Below the pieces are notes generated by a model. The model was not told the origin of the DNA. It was given only the letters and a program-made list of their open reading frames with translations, and ran no database searches. A program made the translations under genes and the position numbers. DNA of 64,000 nt, from the IMG/VR virus record IMGVR_UViG_3300031566_000004, one strand, 5' to 3'. Shown piece by piece: positions 10,837-20,347 of the stretch. The number at the start of each line of letters is the position of its first letter. The stretch's first letter is position 1. Origin of the DNA: an uncultured virus (IMG/VR IMGVR_UViG_3300031566_000004). Its lineage: Duplodnaviria > Heunggongvirae > Uroviricota > Caudoviricetes.

Positions 10837-11358
10837 TTATTGTTTTAAAGTAATATTTATTTCAGCATTTTCAGGAATATAACCTGATTTTTTAGTCTCT
10901 TTGATAATTACATTAAAAAATACATTAACATATTCTAACATCATGTTATGATGATCTGGACAATTATTAATTCTTTCTAATAACCATTCACCAGTCATTT
11001 CACTAGCAATATCTTCATCTGAAGAACTTTTAGTGATATCAAAATTGTAACATAACTTAGAAATTTCTTTTTGTTGTTTTTTATTTAAAATAGACTTAAG
11101 TGCTGTAATTATATTACATTTTGTAATTTCATTTTTGTTATCCTCTTTAATGTGAATAGGGTAACCTTTAGCTACCCATATGATGTAACTAACCCAAGAT
11201 TTAGTATTTAAACAGGAATAATCCATATTAACTAAATTTAAAATACCCAATTGAACATCATTAGGGTCTTCTGAAATAATTTGATAAATTAAGCTTTTAG
11301 CTTCCTCTTTGTCTAATTTAATTAACTGACTTATTTCTGCATTATTAGTTTTACTCAT
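10837..11358 (-). CDS. hypothetical protein
   Basis: 173-aa ORF; SEDPNDVQLG resembles STDENNVKLA of ORF 5743-6855. Confidence 0.6.
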   Translation of the reverse strand: MSKTNNAEISQLIKLDKEEAKSLIYQIISEDPNDVQLGILNLVNMDYSCLNTKSWVSYIIWVAKGYPIHIKEDNKNEITKCNIITALKSILNKKQQKEISKLCYNFDITKSSSDEDIASEMTGEWLLERINNCPDHHNMMLEYVNVFFNVIIKETKKSGYIPENAEINITLKQ

Positions 11359-11383
11359 TTTATTTATTTTTTATTTATTTTTT

Positions 11384-11812
11384 TTATACATAAATCCAAA
11401 CACCAGGATTATCTTTATCTAAACTATACCATAAACCATCTTTTTGTTTAGGCATTGGTATAAAGCAGGTCATATCATCATCTTCTATGATATCGTGAGC
11501 TACTAACAAATCTGCTATAATTTGTACTGCGTTATGAAAATCAAATCTTCTTTTACTATCTCTTACAAAATGAAAATAAACAACATTAGGTTTATCTTTT
11601 TCTATTACTTGTTTAAGAGGTGTTGAAGTCTTTCTGAATTCATTATCTCGTGTTTTATAGTCTTCTACTGTTTTTTTACTAACACTATAAGATTTAACAC
11701 CTTGTTTAGCTAAATATTTGCTAACTGTTTTACTTGGGAATATTCCTCTACTAGTTTTTACTTTACTGTTTTTTAATGATGGTACATTTCCTGGAATAAA
11801 TACTTTTATCAT
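11384..11812 (-). CDS. RusA-like Holliday junction resolvase
   Basis: IPGNVPS.KN start, RRFDFHN...DLL...IIEDDD. Confidence 0.7.
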   Translation of the reverse strand: MIKVFIPGNVPSLKNSKVKTSRGIFPSKTVSKYLAKQGVKSYSVSKKTVEDYKTRDNEFRKTSTPLKQVIEKDKPNVVYFHFVRDSKRRFDFHNAVQIIADLLVAHDIIEDDDMTCFIPMPKQKDGLWYSLDKDNPGVWIYV

Positions 11813-11813
11813 T

Positions 11814-12767
11814 TTATAAAAATTGTGTTAAAGAACTAATATGTTCTTTAGATTTAATTAATCCGTGATTTTTTACGCAATCTGCTACATCTTTATCTAG
11901 TGTTATCTTTATAGGTTTAGTTATATACAATGCTGTATATTTCTCCATTGATAATTTACCAGCTCTATCGTTATCAAATAGAGTATAAATATTTTCATAT
12001 TTATTTTTAAATAATAACATAATAGCAGGTTTTATCATACTATTTTCTGAATCAGGAGCTACTACTTCAGTGTTAAACTTTAATAGTTTAAAAGACATTA
12101 AATCCTTTAGGCCGGAACATATAACTAAATTTTTCTTGTCGTAAACTAACTGTTCAGAACCTTGTAAAAAATCTTTAACTTTTATAAATTTTTGTCTGAG
12201 CTTAAATGGTTGATATATTTTATATAATTCACCATCTGATCTAAAATAACCATAAATATGATTATCACTAAAAATAATAGTATCATCATTATTCGACATA
12301 GTAAAGCTTTTTAAAGGCCTCACATTATGCATTTCTAATAAAGCTGACCCTATCTGATACTCACCCCAATAATCAGCGTCTAACATGTTCCACTGTCTTA
12401 ACTCATAGCTTGTAACAGAGTATTTATCTTTAACAAAATTTACACCATTTAATAAGCTTATTTCATATTTCTCACTTTTATTATTATAAGTTTTAAGAAT
12501 CAAACTAACAGCAGCATGGTATGACAAATTTTTAAGATACATTACTAAATTTATAGCATTACCTCCGTAACCTGATGAAAAATCTTTAAATTTATACTTA
12601 CCTTGTGTGTCAATATAAATACTCATACTAGGTGTACGCTCTGTATTAAACACAGAATTAATCTTAACGTCTTGTCCTTTTAATTTTTCTGTTAAACCAC
12701 AAAAGTGTTCAAATATCCAAGTAATAGGTACATCATCAACATTCCAGCTTTTATTAGTTTTTATCAT
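11814..12767 (-). CDS. DNA primase (Toprim)
   Basis: ERTPS/FKDFSSG N-terminal domain, KD, FDND.AG, KDVAD. Confidence 0.8.
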   Translation of the reverse strand: MIKTNKSWNVDDVPITWIFEHFCGLTEKLKGQDVKINSVFNTERTPSMSIYIDTQGKYKFKDFSSGYGGNAINLVMYLKNLSYHAAVSLILKTYNNKSEKYEISLLNGVNFVKDKYSVTSYELRQWNMLDADYWGEYQIGSALLEMHNVRPLKSFTMSNNDDTIIFSDNHIYGYFRSDGELYKIYQPFKLRQKFIKVKDFLQGSEQLVYDKKNLVICSGLKDLMSFKLLKFNTEVVAPDSENSMIKPAIMLLFKNKYENIYTLFDNDRAGKLSMEKYTALYITKPIKITLDKDVADCVKNHGLIKSKEHISSLTQFL

Positions 12768-12779
12768 AATGCTAATATA

Positions 12780-12813
12780 AAAAAAAGGGATTGAAATAAA
12801 TCAACCCCTTTTT
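12780..12813 (-). terminator. intrinsic terminator
   Basis: GGGxTTGA/TCAAxCCC stem flanked by A/T runs. Confidence 0.55.
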
Positions 12814-12835
12814 AATAAAAGATTATATGTTGGTT

Positions 12836-13558
12836 TTAATCTTTCATACTGAATGGTGTAGGTGAGCCAGCCGCACTAGGTGCTGATTGATCAGCAGCTG
12901 GAGTAACTCCCCCAAAAGAAGATACTGTTTGTTCAGCTTTTTTATTTTTAAGCTTATCAATGTGATCTGTAATAGTAAACTTACATACTAATTCTTCATC
13001 CATAGAGAATGCTGGACCAGCTGTTCTATTATATTTAGGTAAATATAAGTTATGGTTAATATAACCATCTTTCTCCCATTCTTTACCTGCTACACACATG
13101 TGAATATACTTATCTTTAAATGGTTTATGCTCATTTAAAGCAAATACAATATCTTCTAAAGTATCAAATTTACCATCAATACTTAACCACCAATCTGTAA
13201 TGTCTAATTCTTTACAAAAACCTGCTAAAAATTTCATAACTTGATCAGTCATGTTAAGAAAAGTACCATCTTGAGTTTCATAGTCTTTATAAGTATACTT
13301 ACTTGAAGCTACTTTACCAATTTGACCAGAATATCTACCTAATTCAGGATTATTAGGGTCTCTGTAAAATCCTTCAAAATCACCATCAATAGGTTCTGTT
13401 TCTACATCAAGATATATGAATCTTTCTGATTCATGAGCTCCTTGCCATTTAGGTTTTTCCATAGTAATATTGTTAATTTTAACATATCTATTACCTGGTT
13501 CTATATTTTTACGTAGTTTACCTGATCCTACGGTTACATTTGCTGTACTTAATGCCAT
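12836..13558 (-). CDS. putative ssDNA-binding protein
   Basis: lies between the Sak4-like ATPase and primase; flexible C-terminal tail; function inferred from context. Confidence 0.45.
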   Translation of the reverse strand: MALSTANVTVGSGKLRKNIEPGNRYVKINNITMEKPKWQGAHESERFIYLDVETEPIDGDFEGFYRDPNNPELGRYSGQIGKVASSKYTYKDYETQDGTFLNMTDQVMKFLAGFCKELDITDWWLSIDGKFDTLEDIVFALNEHKPFKDKYIHMCVAGKEWEKDGYINHNLYLPKYNRTAGPAFSMDEELVCKFTITDHIDKLKNKKAEQTVSSFGGVTPAADQSAPSAAGSPTPFSMKD

Positions 13559-13570
13559 ATTTATTTAATT

Positions 13571-14278
13571 TTAGTCTTTTTCATAATTTAATATTGCCTC
13601 TCTAACTAACTGTAAGTTATTAGGTATAAATTCACTCTCAAACATTCCTTCAGGTGATTTACACGTATTCTTTGTGTTAGCTTTGGTGTCAAAACCAAAT
13701 TCTACAATATTTTTTTCTAAATTGTCTCTTTTTTTTCCGTATAATACTATAGGAAATAAACCTTCAAGAGTAAGCTTATCATCTACTAATCTACCTATTG
13801 TTTTAGCTTTTTGCTTACTTCTACCTGTTGAATCCGTGATTTCTTCAGAGTGAGTTAGGTAAAATACCATAAGATCATTTCTCAAATACATCGGTTTTTC
13901 AGCAGTTTTCATAATATTATTACCTATATCAGAAAATTTTTCATATCCCTTCTCATCTGATCTATGAAAAAATTCAAATGCTGAAATATACTGATAATCA
14001 TCAATAATAACATTTTTAATCTCAGGTCTGCTAGTATTAATATAATCTAAACAATCTAGTACATTTTTAGCGACAAATTTACCATTATCAACTTGTGAAT
14101 TAAATAGTCTACCTTCTTGGAATTTAGGTGTCCACTCAGGATACTTTGTTTTCCAACCTTTGAAAGGTAGATCTTTACTTGCTATGTTAATAATAAATGT
14201 TTCTTTAGGTTCTAAAAATTGCATACTATGCGACTTGCCGGAACCTGACTCGGCAATAATTAACACTCGTTTACCCAT
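13571..14278 (-). CDS. AAA_24 / Sak4-like ATPase
   Basis: AESGSGKS, IIDDYQY, LTHSE, CKSPEGMF. Confidence 0.8.
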   Translation of the reverse strand: MGKRVLIIAESGSGKSHSMQFLEPKETFIINIASKDLPFKGWKTKYPEWTPKFQEGRLFNSQVDNGKFVAKNVLDCLDYINTSRPEIKNVIIDDYQYISAFEFFHRSDEKGYEKFSDIGNNIMKTAEKPMYLRNDLMVFYLTHSEEITDSTGRSKQKAKTIGRLVDDKLTLEGLFPIVLYGKKRDNLEKNIVEFGFDTKANTKNTCKSPEGMFESEFIPNNLQLVREAILNYEKD

Positions 14279-14891
14279 TATAACTATTTAAACTTTTTAT
14301 ACGATCATTAATAAAATCTTTATCACTTATAGGAACTCTCCATGTTATTGCCATAAAGTCTTTAATGGTCAAGTGTGTGAAAGGTGCATCATTTTGTACT
14401 GTGTTAAATTCATCATTTGCAGTGAGTTTATCTGCGATAATTACATCTTGAGCTTTTAATTTTGTAGATGTTGTCTTAATAGCTCCTGTTGTACTTATAA
14501 GCTTTTTACCCACTTCCTGCGGTGTTTTACCTCCTACACTATCGTTTGCTAATTTAAGCGTGTCTATAGGTATAAAATACGTTTTAAAACTACCTCTGTC
14601 TACACAAGGGTTTTCTTCTTTAAAATGAGGGTTATACGCGTAATAATATAACTTACCGCTATCATTTTCTTTACGTATTAAATCTTTATCAACAAGTTCT
14701 ACATAGAACCCATTAGTGTCACTTATTTGTGACTCAAAAACACTAATACAAGCTCCTAACTCAGGAAACTCTTTAGGTTTATAAGCTAAGTGACCATAAA
14801 ACTTAACATTACCCCCCATCATTTCAAGAAAATCTTCATGAAGTTTGCGAAGCTCTGCTGTTTTTTGCTTTTTTTCTTCTGCTATTGTCAT
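14271..14891 (-). CDS. hypothetical protein
   Basis: 206-aa ORF overlapping both neighbours. Confidence 0.7.
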   Translation of the reverse strand: MTIAEEKKQKTAELRKLHEDFLEMMGGNVKFYGHLAYKPKEFPELGACISVFESQISDTNGFYVELVDKDLIRKENDSGKLYYYAYNPHFKEENPCVDRGSFKTYFIPIDTLKLANDSVGGKTPQEVGKKLISTTGAIKTTSTKLKAQDVIIADKLTANDEFNTVQNDAPFTHLTIKDFMAITWRVPISDKDFINDRIKSLNSYNG

Positions 14892-15868
14892 TTATTTTTT
14901 TGTTTTATTTGTGGTTCAGCGCTCTCAACCATCTCCATTGTTTCATATTTTGCCATAAAATGCATTAGACCTGTATCACCTGCTCTATTTTTTAATAAAA
15001 ATAAAAATATCATGTCTTTGTTGTCTATTATGTATCTATTGGGTCCATATGGGTTTAAGTTACGTTTAGCAGGTCTGTCTAAGGCTATTAATGTGTCAGC
15101 ATGCTGTAGCATAGCATCTGCACCGAATATATCTGAATCCTTAATATAGTTACCTGCTTTACCTGGCTCACACCTCAATAATTGGTCAACTTCTCTATTA
15201 AGCTGACTAACTATTATAAAACATATTGGAAATTTCTTTTTTAATTTAGTTAAAGTTTCCCCTAACCTGTACAACATTTCTGTTCTACCTTCTTTACCGT
15301 ATCTTACAAGAATAGTGTGATCTAATGTTACAATAGTATTTGTATACTGTAATCTACCACTACTATCTTTTCCTGAATATTGCTCCATATATTCTTCTAC
15401 TGTTTTTTCTAATTCATCTACTGTAGGAGCGTCTTCTACAATATGATGTGGTGGATGAATTTCACGGTTCATTACAGCTTTACACTTTTCAAAATCTTGA
15501 GCAGTTATATTAGGAGCATAAACATCATTACTAGCTGAACACAATTGTTTATAACTAAGACCTATTAAATTACTAAATTCCCTCATAGCCATAGTTCTTG
15601 CAGGCATTTCAAGTTGAAATTCAAGTACATTAAAAGGATCTTTATTTTTAATAAAACCCTCTCTTATAAGTTGATCTTTAAATAATGTTTTTCCTGTACC
15701 AGGTCTAGCTCCTATAATATTAGTAGTATGCCACTCAAATCCTCCAACTAAAGCGTCATTTAATGAAGGCCAAGGAAGCTCAAAACTTGTTATTTCCCCT
15801 TTATGCCTACCTGCAATATAAGCAACAGCTTCCCTGTAACCATCAAAGTTACTTTTCCATTTCGACAT
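14888..15868 (-). CDS. dnaB: DnaB-like replicative helicase (C-terminal domain only)
   Basis: GARPGTGKT, FQLEM, LDH, SQLNR, QHAD, KNRAG. Confidence 0.9.
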   Translation of the reverse strand: MSKWKSNFDGYREAVAYIAGRHKGEITSFELPWPSLNDALVGGFEWHTTNIIGARPGTGKTLFKDQLIREGFIKNKDPFNVLEFQLEMPARTMAMREFSNLIGLSYKQLCSASNDVYAPNITAQDFEKCKAVMNREIHPPHHIVEDAPTVDELEKTVEEYMEQYSGKDSSGRLQYTNTIVTLDHTILVRYGKEGRTEMLYRLGETLTKLKKKFPICFIIVSQLNREVDQLLRCEPGKAGNYIKDSDIFGADAMLQHADTLIALDRPAKRNLNPYGPNRYIIDNKDMIFLFLLKNRAGDTGLMHFMAKYETMEMVESAEPQIKQKNK

Positions 15869-15938
15869 ATATTTGATTGTATTTGTTGGTTTTTTTTACT
15901 TATGTAAATTTAAGTAAAATAGATGAATTTATCAAATA

Positions 15939-16514
15939 TTACACGAAGTGTTTTACCTCTTCTTCTTCGTCTATTCCACCATTTAAAATTAACTCACAAT
16001 AGTCTGCTAAATCACTCTGAGAACTCATCCCAGGATCAGTTTTCCTAATAAAATATTTTGATGTTCTTGTAAAAGGGTAGCTTATATCTTCTTCTTGGTT
16101 TAGATATAATTTAGTGGCTTGTAAAACTATTTCCCAATCAAAATTATAATTATTAAAAAACCATTTAAAAGCAGCTTCTAGATTTTTAGAACTATTCCAT
16201 AATCTTCTATTGTGAACACCAACTTTACCTTTTGGCCACATATCCTGATATTCTACAACTTTTTCTGAATAATTTGTTGTAAGACTCATTCTTTTAGCCG
16301 GATCATCACTAAGCATAAGATCTAATCTATTAATAACTTCAGATATACTAGGTATAACTTTATCATTTATTAGCATCTTATTGTTAATAAGTTTAATTTT
16401 TAATTCCTCAACATTAGTTAAAGAGCATTCTTGAGAGTGTTCTATACTCCATAATACGTAATATTCATCAGGAGTTAATTTTTTTTTGTTAAGTATGTCA
16501 TACAGTTTTTTCAT
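15939..16514 (-). CDS. hypothetical replication-region protein
   Basis: 191-aa ORF upstream of the helicase; possible initiator/loader by context only. Confidence 0.5.
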   Translation of the reverse strand: MKKLYDILNKKKLTPDEYYVLWSIEHSQECSLTNVEELKIKLINNKMLINDKVIPSISEVINRLDLMLSDDPAKRMSLTTNYSEKVVEYQDMWPKGKVGVHNRRLWNSSKNLEAAFKWFFNNYNFDWEIVLQATKLYLNQEEDISYPFTRTSKYFIRKTDPGMSSQSDLADYCELILNGGIDEEEEVKHFV

Positions 16515-16983
16515 AATTTGTTGTTTTTGAATATTTTTTCATTTTGTCAAGTATATCTTGATAGATATTCATATAAAGTGAGTCACCTATAGAAATCATG
16601 TCTTCTACTTTACCAATAGAGGACCAAACTAAACTCCTATCTTGACCAATTTTATTAGAAATAACTCCGTCTGAATTTATTTTTAAATATTTTTTACTTA
16701 TATAACAAAATAACTGCCTGTAAGCTACTATTTCAATTTTGCTAGTTTTATGCATTTTATAATTTAAACTAATTTTATGATTTTTAAACTTGGCGGAATT
16801 ACCCCATTGTTCAATAAGTAGATCTGAAACTATATTATATAGTACATCAATTGATAATAATTTATAATCTAATATAAAAACATTAACAATACATTGAAAA
16901 CCAAGAGTGTTTTCTAAGTCTCTTTTGAAATTTGTAGATAACTTATCTACAATAATACTTTTATTATTATTTTCTATTTCCAT
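16498..16983 (-). CDS. DnaA domain IV-like HTH protein
   Basis: EIVAYRQLFCYISKK...I.NKIGQDRSLVWSSIGKV matches the Bac_DnaA_C pattern. Confidence 0.6.
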   Translation of the reverse strand: MEIENNNKSIIVDKLSTNFKRDLENTLGFQCIVNVFILDYKLLSIDVLYNIVSDLLIEQWGNSAKFKNHKISLNYKMHKTSKIEIVAYRQLFCYISKKYLKINSDGVISNKIGQDRSLVWSSIGKVEDMISIGDSLYMNIYQDILDKMKKYSKTTNYEKTV

Positions 16984-17024
16984 CTATATTTTATATATTG
17001 GTATATAACCTTAATATTTAACTC

Positions 17025-17276
17025 ATGTCTAAATTTTCTAAATTTATAAAAGACCTATTTACTGAATTTAAAGTTGACAATAAAGTATCTTCTAAGAAAT
17101 TTATGGGTATATTAGTAGGCTTATTAGCTGCAATAGGCTCTATATTAGAAGGACTACATTTTTATGACGTTAACCCTACTATTCTTGATTCTATGTGGTT
17201 TTACTCAGGAGCAATGTTAGGAGCATCTGTTGTTAGACATTTTTCTAAAAACTCTAATATTAATGAAGAAAAATAA
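17025..17276 (+). CDS. putative holin
   Basis: 83 aa, two hydrophobic helices, charged termini, VSSKK motif. Confidence 0.55.
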   Translation: MSKFSKFIKDLFTEFKVDNKVSSKKFMGILVGLLAAIGSILEGLHFYDVNPTILDSMWFYSGAMLGASVVRHFSKNSNINEEK

Positions 17277-17571
17277 CATTATATTAACAATTTTACTTAC
17301 TATTATAGCAGTGTTGATCATTACTGTTATTTTAATGAGGAATAAAGAACCTATTAAATTATTTGATCCAAAACCTTATTTAGAAAATATTAACAAAGCT
17401 GAACAACAACGTGATAGTGCTATTACAGAATTAAAAAAACTTGAATTAACATTAATTTCATTAGATGAACAAAAAACTAAAGTTAAATATAAGTATAAAA
17501 CCATTTATGTTTATATTAACAACACTAATGACCCTGTCATTCTCGACAGTATCATACGAGCAAATTGGTAA
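17263..17571 (+). CDS. spanin-like membrane protein
   Basis: N-terminal TM helix followed by coiled coil; ATG at 17263. Confidence 0.45.
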   Translation: MKKNNIILTILLTIIAVLIITVILMRNKEPIKLFDPKPYLENINKAEQQRDSAITELKKLELTLISLDEQKTKVKYKYKTIYVYINNTNDPVILDSIIRANW

Positions 17572-17911
17572 TATTCCGGATAGTTTAACATCAGTAAGCT
17601 ATAATATACCTGAACTTCAAAAAATTTCTACAAAGCTTGTTAGAGCTAATGAACTAGAGATATTATATACTATTGCTGAAAATAAAATATGCACACTTGA
17701 TTCAATGATAATTATTAAAAATTATCAAATAGAACAAGATGGTGTTATAATTAATAATCAAAAAAGTATAATAACCGGTTTAACTGCTGATGTTAAAAAG
17801 CTTAACTTACGTTTAAATAAAGTAGAAGTTCAAAAAACTTGGTTCAAGATAGGTATAGGAGTAGCAAGCGTCTGTTTAGGCGGATTAATAATGTATGCTA
17901 TAGTTAAATAA
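17465..17911 (+). CDS. spanin-like protein with C-terminal TM helix
   Basis: overlaps the previous gene; coiled coil and hydrophobic C-terminus. Confidence 0.45.
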   Translation: MNKKLKLNISIKPFMFILTTLMTLSFSTVSYEQIGNIPDSLTSVSYNIPELQKISTKLVRANELEILYTIAENKICTLDSMIIIKNYQIEQDGVIINNQKSIITGLTADVKKLNLRLNKVEVQKTWFKIGIGVASVCLGGLIMYAIVK

Positions 17912-18223
17912 CTATTCATTAGAATAGTTAAAGATATACTTTATATCGTCAAGCTTATTAAGTAATTGATCATACTCTAATTGTTCATATTTTTTAATTA
18001 ATTTTTCTTTTTCTTCTGCATAATTGCTAAAAAACTCTTTATCTTTTAAACTAAATTCAGTAAATATACTATTTTGTCTAGAAGCTATTAAATAACTTTC
18101 TCCTACTTTCAACACTTTTGCTAAAGGATGATTATATAAGAAACCAGTTAATTCTTTTTCTTCTTTAATGAACCTTTGCTCAGCTTTTTTTCTTATTATT
18201 TTTTCTAATGTTGTTTTATCCAT
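17912..18223 (-). CDS. hypothetical protein
   Basis: 103-aa ORF. Confidence 0.6.
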   Translation of the reverse strand: MDKTTLEKIIRKKAEQRFIKEEKELTGFLYNHPLAKVLKVGESYLIASRQNSIFTEFSLKDKEFFSNYAEEKEKLIKKYEQLEYDQLLNKLDDIKYIFNYSNE

Positions 18224-18227
18224 AGTT

Positions 18228-18440
18228 TTATTTATTTAATTGACATCCCATTTTATGTACTTTTGTTTGTCCACACATAGGGCATTCTCTTTTTATTCTA
18301 TTGTGACAGGTTTTACCTGATTTAGACCAATCCGCCATATTAGACCACGATTGGAATATTCCATCTTCTGCTGTATATCTATAACAGAAATGTTTTAATT
18401 TACAGTCTTTTGCATCTAAGCATTTGCTGATGTCGGCCAT
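18228..18440 (-). CDS. small Cys-rich protein
   Basis: MADISKC...C...CYRY pattern plus CPMC. Confidence 0.6.
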   Translation of the reverse strand: MADISKCLDAKDCKLKHFCYRYTAEDGIFQSWSNMADWSKSGKTCHNRIKRECPMCGQTKVHKMGCQLNK

Positions 18441-18622
18441 AGTTTATTTGTTTAGTTTTTACTCCCATGATTTACTATAAAAATCTCTAAAAGAGTTTAA
18501 GTATTTAACCCTCCAAAGTTTACGTTTCTTTTTTGATTTGATTCTCTTTCTTACTTTGTGAATCTTAGCGTTAATTAATTTATTTCTCATTGGTTTATTT
18601 GTTTAGTTTGTTTTGCATCCAT

Positions 18623-19126
18623 TTAGCTCATAACACACGATTGAGTTGCATACTTCATTTTTGACACTAAGTCAGGTTTGCTTAATCCATTCTTACAATG
18701 TTCATTGATTAGCTTCATTAAATCCGTGTAGAAATATTCATCCAAAACACTTCTTTGATTGGCTAAGTTTAGGGCATCTTTTATAGCTTCTTTGATTGAT
18801 TCCTCTGCTGATATTGCAGATTCTCTCCACTTATGATTCCATTTATCATAGATTTTTTGCACTAACTCTTCAACGTCTTTAGGTTGTTCCAACTCTGAGG
18901 TTTTACCGCCTTGTTGGGGACTATCCCGTAAATCCGAAAAGAATGTTTCATCTTTACCATCTACAAGATTTAAAAACTTTTGTTTGTTTTCATCTTTTGC
19001 TTTTTGGAGGACTGAATAAACATAACTTTCAGCCATTCCTTCGACATCGTGATTCATATTCATTTTAGCAGATACAGAACCCTCTATAAATCCATTTTTA
19101 TACGCTTCAATTAATTCTTTTTTCAT
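18623..19126 (-). CDS. hypothetical protein
   Basis: 167-aa ORF. Confidence 0.55.
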   Translation of the reverse strand: MKKELIEAYKNGFIEGSVSAKMNMNHDVEGMAESYVYSVLQKAKDENKQKFLNLVDGKDETFFSDLRDSPQQGGKTSELEQPKDVEELVQKIYDKWNHKWRESAISAEESIKEAIKDALNLANQRSVLDEYFYTDLMKLINEHCKNGLSKPDLVSKMKYATQSCVMS

Positions 19127-19220
19127 AGTTCTTTTTATTTAATAAAAGGCTGCGAACTTACTGCTGTCATTTAACTCAGGCTCCACCCATACAGAGCACC
19201 TTTTAAAACTTATATTTTTA

Positions 19221-19427
19221 TTATGCAATGAACTCGCTTTCTGCTTTACATTCAACGTCAGGCATTATTCCAAACACTTCTCTTATTGTTTCTTTATCAT
19301 ACCCATCAAGTTCCAAAGCTAATTCAATGGCGTTTCTAATGGCGTACGGGTAAAAGCAAGTTTTAGTATCTATTGTTACTATTGGTGTTTGGCTTTCATT
19401 TTGGTTTTTTTCAATAATTATTTTCAT
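19221..19427 (-). CDS. hypothetical cassette-like gene
   Basis: ATG (MKIII) just downstream of a GTTACCC box. Confidence 0.5.
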   Translation of the reverse strand: MKIIIEKNQNESQTPIVTIDTKTCFYPYAIRNAIELALELDGYDKETIREVFGIMPDVECKAESEFIA

Positions 19428-19552
19428 TTTATCCGTAATTTTAAAAGTGGGTAACAATGTATAAATCAAATAGCCATCAAATAAGCTAAGTCAATGTTTA
19501 CCTACTGTGTTAGTGTTTAATTGTTAATTTTGTGTTTGTTTATCAAATAGGA

Positions 19553-19876
19553 ATTAAAACGCCTTTTGTTTTGGAGTTATAAACAATGCTACAACCTTTG
19601 CTTTAATTTATCAGGGTATTGAGTTACACCACTCGCTCTGTCATTTTCGTGTTTAAATTCAATCAAGAATACAAAGCCATCAAATAGTATATTAACCACT
19701 TTTACAGGTAATCGCTCTTTGCTTCCGTATTCAACGTAATCTAATTTATCACCTATTCTTATTTTATAATCAGTTATTTTATCCATCTTCATCATTTTTT
19801 AGTTAATAATCCGCACAGTTTACAACATCGTGTATACGCCATTAAAACGGCTTTTGTTTTGGCGTTGTAAGTAATG
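19553..19876. repeat. 36-bp direct repeat flanking ORF 19589-19795 (attC-like)
   Basis: 19553-19588 vs 19841-19876, 31/36 identical; TTACAAC/GTTGTAA inverted boxes at 19820 and 19864. Confidence 0.75.
19589..19795 (-). CDS. hypothetical cassette-like gene
   Basis: 68-aa ORF bracketed by the repeats. Confidence 0.55.
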   Translation of the reverse strand: MMKMDKITDYKIRIGDKLDYVEYGSKERLPVKVVNILFDGFVFLIEFKHENDRASGVTQYPDKLKQRL

Positions 19877-20095
19877 TTGGTTTATCCCATCGTTATTATA
19901 CCTTTTCGGGTATAATGATGGCTTTTATACTCATTTTATGCCTTATCGGGTATAGAAGTACTCATGATAAAAAATAGGGGCTGTTGTGTCACCATCTGAA
20001 GGTGTTAATGAATAGAGTTTGCAACCTCTCATCAAAACTGTTAGCCAATTTCCCCTAATCTTATATGCCAAACCGTTAGCAGTAATAATCAATGC

Positions 20096-20347
20096 TTAAA
20101 GTTTAATATTATTAATAATTTTTTCTAAATTACTAATATTTTTAATAAGTTCTTTAACATCTTTAGAAGGTTTAACAGCTTCTGTAATATATCTATTAAG
20201 GCAATTCTTTATAGTTCCGGAATACCAGACATTAGTTCTTATAGTATTTTTACCTGTTTTAGGATTTAATTCACCCTCTTCTTGAAAATGTAATATCCAT
20301 TGATTAGCATCATTTTCTAAATGAAATTTATTATCTAATTTTATCAT
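20096..20347 (-). CDS. hypothetical protein
   Basis: 83-aa ORF. Confidence 0.6.
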   Translation of the reverse strand: MIKLDNKFHLENDANQWILHFQEEGELNPKTGKNTIRTNVWYSGTIKNCLNRYITEAVKPSKDVKELIKNISNLEKIINNIKL

